64,000 bases of DNA from Camelus ferus (taxonomy: Eukaryota). Positions 53,410-64,000 of the stretch are shown in pieces. Below the pieces are notes generated by a model. That model saw nothing but the letters and a program-made list of their open reading frames with translations. It searched no databases and had not been told where the DNA came from. Position numbers and translations under genes: made by a program. The number at the start of each line of letters is the position of its first letter. Positions within the stretch are counted from its first letter, which is position 1. The stretch covers positions 20,028,001 to 20,092,000 of the forward strand of contig NC_045696.1 of assembly GCF_009834535.1 (NCBI RefSeq), read 5' to 3'.

Positions 53410-54854
53410 TATTATTTTCAAAGATGATTTTTGCAAAGTCATTGAGTTCTTTTTTAAACAATTGGCTTTTGAGCCTGTTGGTTGTTATCAATATCTTGTG
53501 TCGTTGAAGTATTTTTGAATATTCAGTTGTCAGTAACATAAGTCCTGTGATATTTTTTGCCTTTCTTACTCCAAGCACAAAATGAATAACTTAAGGATTT
53601 GCCTAAAAGAAGTGGAGTATATTATCCCTTTAGTCCTTCAACGTATTGCTTTATCATCTTCATGAGCAAGACTAATCACACACAGTAAACATACTTCTAT
53701 TTCTTTAAATTATATGCATGTGTGACTATATAACTTATAATCATATTCATGTAATGCTAGTAAACAAGAATATTTAAAAGATCCAAAAATTTTTTAAAAA
53801 ATGGAAGAGAAGGACCACATGTGGATGGACTATCAAATACCTTCCTTGAGCACCTCCCTGGACCTACTGGAGACCCCCTGCAAAACTGCTCCCCACATTA
53901 GAAGCTACTGGAATAGATAACCAATATAGATCACTTCCTATTCTTTGATGAGTCTCTTCTTTTTCTACTGTGAGATGTTAATGCCAAATATAGAACAGAT
54001 TTGGTTGGATGCTGTGGGGTATGATATTGAATAAGCAATGTGACTAATCCTCATTGTGTATTCCCAAGCTGACTCTCAGTACTCTATTTTCATGTCTCTT
54101 GAGCACTATAGCTTATTAAAACTGTCTATTTTCTGCATTGTTTCAGTGAAAGGTATTATGATGCAATGTATTTTCTTTCTCCACTGGCATAGGTGATAAA
54201 CTAAAATTATATGATCGTTTAGCTAATGACATTAATTTATCTGTGTAAATATATATATTTTTTTAAAAATCACATGCTGTTATGGCAGGAAGTAAGATTA
54301 AGTGTCTCACATTTTGAAAAATCAGATAATATTCATGTCACAACTAAAAAGGCATTTTGTTGAATGAGTCTATTTTAATCTCAGTATGATGATGCCAATC
54401 TCGTAGTTTTTCGTATTAGAGTGAAATGAAGAACAGAGCTTTTCTATTTCTAAAACATCCTGGTTTTCCTTTCAAAGTTCCTGGCCGCCAACCATCTAAA
54501 GTGACCTAACCCATTATTACAATGGCCATAATTTACATGAAAGAGGAGGAACAACCCCTAGATGCTGCCATTAATGAGATGGCGCCAACTATCTGCCCAC
54601 GTTGAATAATTCAAGTGCAAAATGACTTAAAAAGCACTGTGGTGTTTTGAAATTTAAAATAGCTGCTAAAACTTGTTTTTCACAAAGGACCCTAGTAACC
54701 TCTTATAGAATGACCAAATTCCTGTCAGTAATATTAAGATCAGTAAGATCAAAGACAGAAATAACAGGCAATCCCCATTAATGCATCTTTGTCTTCAACC
54801 TTAAACTTATTTTTTTCTTAAAATGAGTTATTTTACTACTCTAGGATCACATTA

Positions 54855-55516
54855 TGTTTACAGACTATGGTGCTGATAATAGCTCAAGTTCAATGCTGAA
54901 GGAGAAAGATGGAACAGATTTGGTCCCAGCCATTGCCCATTGGGTTAGTCAGAATAGTCAGTGGAGAAGTGTTCTTATGAGAAAATTTCCCAGAATTCAA
55001 GACTGTAAAAATGAGGGGTGGGTATTTTGGGGGAGACAGTCCTCCATGGGTCTCTTATTTGCCAGCATATCTTGGTCTAGATTCCTTTCAATGATGTTTA
55101 CACAGCAAAGAGGTAGAAATAATTATCTTGGAAGGTAGAAATAATATCTCCTTCAACACAAAAGGCAGATTTGTTAACTGTCCACTATAGTAAAATCGCA
55201 TCTGTGTCTGGAAAAAAGGGAAATCATGCTCAGTACCTATGATAGAAGATTTGGTTTCCTAAATTCAGAGTTTCTCGCCTATTAAACAACTCACTCACGG
55301 GCAGGCTTCGCCTGGCCATCTTTGCCATGCCCTGTGGGAATTGCAGCTTGCAGAACTTGCTCAAGAAAATGCTGATAGCTACTGGAGTTGTTGTGATTAA
55401 TAAAATTATTTGAGTGGAGAGTGTCATTTCTTTTGCTAGCATTCATAAAACAGTGACAGGTTCAGTTGTTAGCTTGCAAGAAGGATAAAATCTAAGACTT
55501 TTCACAGTACTTGACA
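54855..55516 (+). mobile_element. ERVL solo LTR (MER76-like)
   Basis: aataaa near 55399 and 3' terminus gttagcttgcaagaaggataaaatctaagacttttcacagtacttgaca. 5' boundary uncertain. Confidence 0.6.
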
Positions 55517-57562
55517 CTCTGAGACATGCTGTGAGTATAGATTCCTAGTTCTTATTCTTAAAAAAAGAAGAAAAATACTAATAAACCAACATAGGAAATA
55601 TCTAGTCATTACTTAATATTAACCCAAGTAGAAAATTAAAGGAAACTTTCTTAAAATTCCTTATGGATAAGTCTGGCTTTGGATTTCTGAAATTATTATC
55701 CTTTCTTTGACACTTTTATATAAAAAATCATTTAATGAATTTAGTAAAGGATTGAGAAGGGAATATTCTCTGTTCTTTGGGAAATAAGCCTATAAGAAAT
55801 TGAGTATTATTGAATAATACAAAAGAAATATTAATTCTATTCATATAAAGGACTCTGGAAAGTAATGCAAGGGAAAAAGAATCCCAAATAACTACCCCTA
55901 ATACAGATTGTCCCCCTAATCTGCAAGTCCATATATTCAGGATTGACATCCTTCCTGGTCCACTGATATGACTGCGGGCATGTGAAATACACTATATGAG
56001 CTGGTTAAAACTGCTGTCTCATACCCTGAAGAACCATTTGCTTGGACTGAGGGCTCCTTGCTTCAACTTTGGTATGATAGCCCTTCTAACCATCCAGCAG
56101 TTAAACTCCTCTTCCCTTTCCTAGTGTCCAGCAGGTCAGGAAGCTTCTAGGAACCTATTTCAGGGAATTAGCCAACATCCACCTTGATTAAACATAGCCT
56201 TTGCTGTATCAGTTATTAAATATTTTGAATATTATAGCTGATGAATTGCTCATTCAGGGATCATACCAGAAATCACAATTAATATATCTAAAACCAATAT
56301 GTTTATGTTCCCTCCTCCTTTGCACTCTGCCTCAGAGAGATTCAACATTAAACCTGATGAGCCTGTTGCCCACGAAATCCTTTCTGTTTCTCTCTTTCTT
56401 CTCCACATCCAAATCCTTTCTGTTCCACTTGTCATCCCTTTGATACACTTCCTACTTTCTCTGTACCCCTTTTATCACTGCCTTATTTCTCTCTCGTTTC
56501 ACACTCTTCTGATTCATCCATGCTTAAGATAGCTCCTGGAATAATCTATCTAAAATGTAATCTTACTGGTTACTCTCACTTAAATTATTCAGTAGCTTCT
56601 GTATTTAAACTTTTCACCCAGCATTTTGAGATCTGGTCTCAGATGACCCAGCTAACCTATTTCTCACCAGTCCACCACTCACACCCTTGCTCCAGCCATA
56701 GCAGGTGAATTTTCTTCCTCTATAACTGCCCCATTCTCCTAATGCTTCTGTACCTTCATCGACAAGAACAGTCCCTCCACCTCTGTCCCATGTTAACTTC
56801 TGCTCAACTTTTAAAAACGAGTTGAAGAAATAGTACTTCTCATCTGTATGATACCAGTTTTACATTTAATTTTGTATTGTTCTTTGGTTACTTTTCTAGC
56901 TCATCCAGTTCTTTTTATCGTTGTTCACAACATGTTATAAGACCTTAATAAATGTTGGTTGAATGAATACTTTTAGTCCTACTAAAATGTCTTAAGTCAA
57001 TTCAGGACAGTGTCAACTTTCAAAACTGTGCATGATAAAGTATTAGTACCCCCAAATCTTGAAATGTTAAAGAGAGCAGCTGTCAAATTCTCATCATGTC
57101 AAAGGATAATCATGTTAGTATAACAGAAATAGAATTTTGATTAAAGACTAGAAGGAGAAGAAGCTATGGGAAACGCCAGGAAAATGTCATAATAAAGCAC
57201 CCTTGCACTATGGTAGACAGGCTCCACATCCTCTTCCCAAAGTGTTCATATATAAAAGGCCTGTAAAGATTAGTGAAAACTTTTCATACGAAAATGAAGC
57301 CCTATCCCAATACACTACTTTCCTTAGAGCTAGGTTAGAGGAATGCTCATTTATTCTGTAATTGCTTTTAGTATTTGTTTAACAGTAACAATTTTTAAAA
57401 CAGGGTAACTTAAAGAATTATTGTCCTAAAATAAGAAAGTGTTTGAGTATGCCAGCAGAAACGAGCTGATGATTTTTCCTAAATGCATAAAAGGCATGTC
57501 GTTTGCCTTTATTTGGTATTAGTTTTTAACTCCTGTATGTACTGGATTTAATGGGCTCGAAA

Positions 57563-58117
57563 TGTTGTGGAAAATTGTGTTACAGCTCCGTGTTACAGCT
57601 CAGCTGTGACAGCAACCTAGATCCGGGCGAGAGACCAAGCAGCACTCGGAGAGTTGGAGAACTCAGGTTTATTACTCCAGCAGACCCAAAGGAGTTCACA
57701 CTTCAAGCTCTGGACCCCCATCTGTAGGTTTACTCGGGCCTTTTATAGGCTGCCAGTTTTACACTTTGCAACATCATATCCAATAAAGTACGACAGAAGT
57801 TGACCAACCAGGAACAAGCTTTGTAGAAATAGACCAATCAGGAGTGAGCTCCATGCAAATGAAGTACTACAAATGGACCAGTCAGAAGTTAGAGAAGTGG
57901 ACCAATCAGAAGTGAGAGTAATAACCAATCAGGAGTGAAGGAAATAACCAATTAGAAGTGAGCTCAGGGAACCAATAGAATTCTAGATGTAAGTTAGCCG
58001 CTTTAGAGGCAAAAAGTGCGCTAGAGCCTCTGGGCCAGGGAACCGGATGGTGTGAAGAGGAGAGCAGCGGCCCTGCCTAGGGGTCCTGCCGGTCTTTTTA
58101 TGGGGCTTTCTGCCTCA
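57563..58117 (-). mobile_element. Relatively young ERV1-class solo LTR with tandem CCAAT boxes
   Basis: TG...CA termini, antisense TATA (ttttata near 57741) and AATAAA (tttatt near 57668), retained CpGs. Flanks gaaa/aaaa are a probable 4-bp TSD. Confidence 0.88.
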
Positions 58118-60594
58118 AAAATAAAGCTATAAAGTGGGTCTTGGATAACTAGCCATCTCAGGCTTCAACCAGAGGTGTTTCTTTCCCTGGATAGGGAGGG
58201 GAACATTCCAATTATGTATTTAAGTTTCAAGGCCATCCATGTATGTTCCCATAGTATTTCTTCATAAGGAGTAATTTGGAAGTTCAAAGTAGGTGAAGGA
58301 TAAGACACAGACACCTATGGAAAGCTTCAATAGTTCACCCAGGGACTCGCTTGGTGAGCAAATACAGTCCTGGTAGATTATAATAACTTTTCCTATTTAT
58401 ATGTGTTGGTGAATTATCTAAAATTAAGGTGGAAGAAACTCTGTATTCTTGTGAAATTTTAAGCTACATCAATGCTGTTATTCAGAGATTACCATAGTGT
58501 TGTTCAAATGTTACAGGTCTAGGCATTTGTTAGTCTTTTCTTTCTTGGCAGATAAATTTACTAGGATTGAGTTAAGAAAGAAATTTACCCGTAAGTTTCA
58601 AAGAGAAAAACTCTCTTCCATGCATCAGCTTTCTGTTTAGTTATCTAAACTTTACACTCTTCAATCAAGTCTCTTTCTTTGTTTTATATTTAAACCATGA
58701 CTTGGACTTCTCCATTTTTCTTAGTGGGAGAGAGAGCTGCTCGTACTTAAAATATTTCTACCTGGTTTTGTTCAGTCAGAGCACATCCTGGAATGTACAT
58801 GGACTCAGAGAAATCAGGCAACTAATTTTCTTCTACTGTACAAGTATATCCAAATTCAGTTATGTGTGTGTGTGTGTCTCTGGATCTAAAGAAGCAAATA
58901 GCTTCAATAATGAATTATTTCTCACCTGAGAAATTAATATCAATAATTATTTAATCTGCCACAGCTGCTGGGAAGCTTAACTCCTTCCTCTCTGAAGATA
59001 TAGCCCTATCTTAGACAGTTGGACTAACAATATTACCAGGCCAAATGATGTCATAACCTCTGATTTCACAAGGCTTATGATCAAGATAGTTTTCCCTCAG
59101 TTTCCCTCTAAACTAATATTCTGATTCCAGAAAATGACACTTTTTTATGATTGTCATCATTCCAGAAACTACCATTGGATTCTGTTAACATTAGACGGTG
59201 TCATGTGGCATAGACCCTGGATTTTCAGGGCTGAACATCCTGACTTCTGTGGGCAACTCACATAACAAGTACATATGTTGCTCATTGTGGGAAATTCTCT
59301 CTTGTTTCTCTGCTTCAAAGCCCTGGAGCTTGGAAAAGAGAGGAAGACCTAGAAGTCAATGATCAGGTCCTAGTCTCTTCCTCTAGGTTTGTTATCCGTT
59401 GCTACTCCCATTTCTGATGCCAAGTCACCACTACTAGGGTTACATTATTCATCTGTGTTTAACTGTTTTTTATTAAAAATCCTCAGCTATAACTTCAACC
59501 TAATTATAATTTCGCTAACAACTTTGTTAGAATAAGTTCCAAGCATCTGATTTTTCAAATGTGATGCATATTCCTTCACATCTTATTTGCCAGTTGCTCC
59601 CCACAACCTCTATTATAGATCAACCTACAATATTCTCTGCCCAATCAGCACCCCAAATACAGTCCATCTGACAAAATGGGAATTCAATGATGATTATTAG
59701 GATGCTTAAGATCACAGAAATTACTTACAGCAAGACTCACAAATATCTTTTTACATTCACCGGGCAGGGAACCTAAGAGGGTGAAGCTTCTAAGATGCAG
59801 ATGTTTGTTCCAACATGGAGGCTCTAGGGTGCGGAGAAAATTATGGCATTGGTTTTGCCAAATTTCTAAATTTCAAAGTAATTAATATTGCCTTTTTATA
59901 TAACATCTCTCAATTCTAAAATATTGACTTTTTAAAAAAGTCTATAGATCAAACAAAAAAAAAATGTCTAAGGGCTAAATTTTGCTCTTAGGCTACCATA
60001 TTCCTGTCAAATTTAAGGATTAATTTTTGCTCATGATTTTTGTTCTTTCTTTCTTTGATGAGTTGCTGCTCTCAAATATAATATAAGAAAATTTGTTAAG
60101 GAAAATAATTAGTAATAAAGAAATCATTCTGTGATTCATAGGATAATTAGCAAAAAATAATAAAGTTTTTTTTAATGCTGACTTCTAAAGATAGATCTTA
60201 TCAAAATATCATATCCCTTACCTCTTTAGCCATATACATTTACAGTGTGCTCTAATATTAGATAAAAAATACTAATTAAAATAATAATAATATTTATCTA
60301 TGACAGAAACATGCTTTCACTTGATTGCATTTACTGGAAACTCTTATTTTTAAAAAAATGTTAATGGGCTATTCTGGAGAGCTTTTCTAACATGTGTGTT
60401 TAGTGAAAACTTATGCCATCGATGAATTACTGTCATCCATTTGAGGACTGCTTCAATGGCCAAGACATGGACCTCTCAACTGAACCTTCTCAAAGACAGA
60501 TACAAATTAGAATCACCTGAGGCAATATTAAAAATGCATTTGAATGAATCCCATCTGTAATTACTTTGACTTCAGTTATCTGAAGTATCTCTTC

Positions 60595-63210
60595 ATGGTT
60601 GATGAAAACCACTCAAAAATAAAGAAAGACAAAAAAGTTCTGAACATCACAATGAACATACTTGAACTAATTGATATCTGTAGAACATTCACCCAACAAC
60701 AACAGAATTTATTTTCTTTTCAAGTGCACATTTAAGGTCCATCAAAATCAACCATGTGTGAACTATAACAAAGTTTGGGTAAAATTTAAAATATTCAAAT
60801 AATTTGAAAACTTAAAATATTTGAAATAATTCAAAATATGTTCTCTAATTATGGGATTAAGATGGAAATTGGCAATAAAACTATACTAAAAAAAAGATAT
60901 ACCACCTGAAAATTGGATAATACATCCCTAAACAACTCATGGATTCAGGAATGAATCAGCATGAAAATTAGAAAATCATTGAGCTGAATACAATAAAATA
61001 ACAGATCAAAACTTGTGGGATGTAATTAAAGCAACATTAAAGAAAAACTCATAGCCTTATATGCATATATGAGAAAGAAGAATGAGCAAAAATCAATAAT
61101 TTAACTTTCTATCTCAAGAAAGAAGAGTATGAAGAAAAGAAAATAATAAAGATGAAAACAGAAATGAAGGAAATTTATAAAATATTGCAGAAGAGAGAAA
61201 ATAAAGCCAAACGTTGGAACTTTGAAAAGATGGAAAAATTAATCAATTTGATTATCTTCTTAGACTGTTCAAAGTAACAAGGAGAGAAAACAGAATAACA
61301 AAAATAAAAATAGAAAAGATGGCATAAATATAGATCTCTAATATAGATAATAAAAGAGCATTATGAACAACTTTGAGAAAGGAATTTAATAATTTAGTTA
61401 AAATGAACAAATGCCTCCACAAATACAATTTACTAAAGTTAAGAGGTGACATAAAATCTTAGTAGTGAAGCATCTGTTAAAAAAATTAAATTTGTTATTT
61501 TAAAAACGTTTCCACAGGGAACTCTAGAACTAGATGGCTTTAATAGCAAAATTTCCCAACTATTTAAAAAAGAAATAACTCTAACTTTGCACAAAATCTT
61601 TGGAAAAACAGAAGAAAAAATGAAAGTGACCTTTCCTATCTACTTTTTTGAGGCTAACAAAACCATGAATTCTACATCCTGTTGAGAACAGTCAAGAAAG
61701 AAGAAAAATCATATCAACAGAAGCCAAAAAGAAGCATTTGACTAGAATTCAATCCCCTTTTATGAAAAATCTTTTAGTAAACTAGGACAAAACTAGGAAA
61801 AATTTGAGATGGTAAATATCTACAGACAACATGGAGGGTACATACATTCAGTGACTTTGTTTTAAGTTGAAATCTTTACCTTGTAGAGGGGGAAGAGGAA
61901 GAGGACACCCACTATTTCTACTTCTGTATTTTAATGGAGAGTCTGAACATTGCAGTAAGGCAGGGAAAAAAGAGAGAGACATAAAAAGATGAAAATTGAA
62001 AATAAACAAATAAAACTTATTTTCTTGAAGATCACATGACAACAAAAGACTCCAAAATAATCTGGAAATTTTACAGTGTTGCTATTTATAAAGCAACAAA
62101 AATACTAATATATTTAAGAATAAATAAAACAAAAATTTGTAAGGACTTTATAGCTAAAATCTATGAAATATGATTAAAAGAGATTACTGATGACCAGAAT
62201 AAATAACATGTTTATTTATAAAGACTCAGTATTCAGTTCTCCTTAAATTTATTTACATATTGGTAATACTGATCAAAATGTTCACAGGCTTCTTTTCTTA
62301 GACGTTAATAAACAGATTATAAATTCATATGGATATGCAAAGTGTCAAAAAAAGACAGAGTAGTAGAAGAACAAACCTAGGGATATTATAGTATCAAATA
62401 TAGTTCTACAGTAAGGATACAGCTACACTTACACATTGTGTTCAGAAAAAAAGAATAAAAGGAAAAACAATATGGACAGGCTGTAGATTCTGGGAATGCA
62501 TCAAAACATATGATGTCAATTCATAATGGTGGTGATACTCCAGCGAAGGGGTAAATGACTGTGATCTCAATACATGTCAACTGAACATCTATTTCTGAAA
62601 AGGAAGAATCTTCACCAGTACCTCACACCATACATAAAAATGAATCACAGATCTAAATATAAAAGAAAAAAATCATAAAAGTTTCAGAAAGAGGCAACAA
62701 AAAACAATGTTTGATCTTAGAGCAGAAAATAATTTCTAAAACAGGATGTGAAATTTGCAAAACAAGAAAAAATTAAACTACATTAAAATTAAGAACTTTG
62801 ATTCATCAAAAGGCATCAATGAGGAGTGAAAATTTAAACCACAAAGTGGAAAATGATATTTGCTACTCATATATCTAATAAAGATCTCATAGCCAAAATA
62901 AATAAGTAATCTTTATAAATCAAAGAAAACCAGATAACCAGATTACTTTTAATGGGCAAAAGGCTTAAACAGTTTGCAAAAGAGACAATTCAAAAGGCAG
63001 ATGAACATTAGAAATAATGTTCAAACTTATTAGTCATCAGAGAAATACACATTAAAGCACCAAGTTGATACTACTATTCAACTAAATGGCTAAATTTAAA
63101 AACATAGACAATATCAAGTATTAGTGAGAATGTGGAGCAGCAAGAACTCAAATATAGTATGAATAAAACGTATATTTTTAAAACCATTTTAGATAACTTT
63201 ATGGAAGTGT
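60595..63210 (+). mobile_element. Old LINE-1 ORF2 body, degenerate
   Basis: A-rich L1 motifs from the endonuclease end (ctaattgatatctgtagaacattcacccaacaacaacagaat) to the C-terminus (ttagtcatcagagaaatacacattaaa...gaatgtggagcagcaagaactc). Many stops and deletions. Confidence 0.85.
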
Positions 63211-63278
63211 ATCTATCATCTATCTATGACACGGGTTCTACATGTTCCACATGGTTATTATATGTATGCATGTATATG

Positions 63279-63925
63279 TACGGAGCTCAGATCCCACAGG
63301 TTAAGGGCTCATTCCTACAAGACTGCCCCCACTTCAGACACCTGGTTTCCCAGTATATTCACGCTACTATCACCAACTACAAACTTGAGGATTTCCGCGA
63401 CCTCTTCCTCAGGTTTGACAATTCTCTAAACAACTTGCAAAACTCAGGAAGGTGCTCTATTTACAATTATTGGTTTATTATAAAGGATACAACTCAGGAA
63501 CAATCAAATGGAAGAGAACCATGGGACAAAGTATGAGGGTTGGGGGTGCAGGGCTTCTACCTAGTGCCACACCGTCCCAGCACATTGATGTATTCATCAA
63601 CCCAGAAGCTCTCCAAATCTCATTGATCAGGAGTTTTTGTAATCCAATATCTAGTCCCTCTACCCTCTCCAGAGGTCAGAGGGTGGGGCTGAAATTCCAA
63701 CCCTTTAATTGTGTGATTGATCCTCCTGGTGACCAGCCCTCACCCTGAAATTATCTAGGGGTCCCACCATGAGTTAATTCCTATGGCATCAACTCGGGTG
63801 TTGTAAAGGACTCTTTATTAATAACATAATGCTCCTATCACTCAGGAAATTCCAAGTGTTTTAGGAACTCTGTGTCAGGAACCAAGGAGAGAGATCAGTT
63901 ACATATATTTTTTTTAAATTCCATG
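63279..63925 (-). mobile_element. MER21-like LTR
   Basis: cagatcccacaggttaagggctcattcctacaagactgcccccacttcagac...ggtttattataaaggatacaactcagg...tcactcaggaaattccaag. Confidence 0.8.
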
Positions 63926-64000
63926 GTATGCTAAAAAGAATATTTTCTAGGTATGAAAAGGCTGTAGAACTCCCCTGAGATTTTCATTTTTCTAAATGTC

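Noticed and set aside
63132..63748. 134-aa and 98-aa ORFs
   Set aside because: They span an L1 relic and an antisense MER21-like LTR; no recognisable protein.

Overview
Mammalian, AT-rich, non-coding genomic DNA, most likely camelid, inferred from two Vic-1-type tRNA-derived SINEs and artiodactyl-type L1 3' ends. I find no intact protein-coding gene, RNA gene or CRISPR array. The only host-gene-derived coding sequence I recognise is an intronless, disabled minus-strand retrocopy of RPS6KB1 (p70/p85 S6 kinase, about 4272-6100). It lacks about 90 codons of the kinase core. The rest is dominated by transposon relics: L1 (including a twin-primed, 5'-inverted copy), L2, MIR, MaLR/MLT1, hAT MITEs, a deleted ERVL provirus with RT and dUTPase remnants, a three-level nested LTR stack, and a CCAAT-repeat solo LTR. 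The most unusual items are retrotransposition or rearrangement products, an L1/unknown-3'UTR chimera, and a perfect 15-bp hairpin. I see no evidence of a new multi-gene biological system. Repeat family names come from recalled consensus similarity, not a database search, and boundaries without TSDs are approximate.
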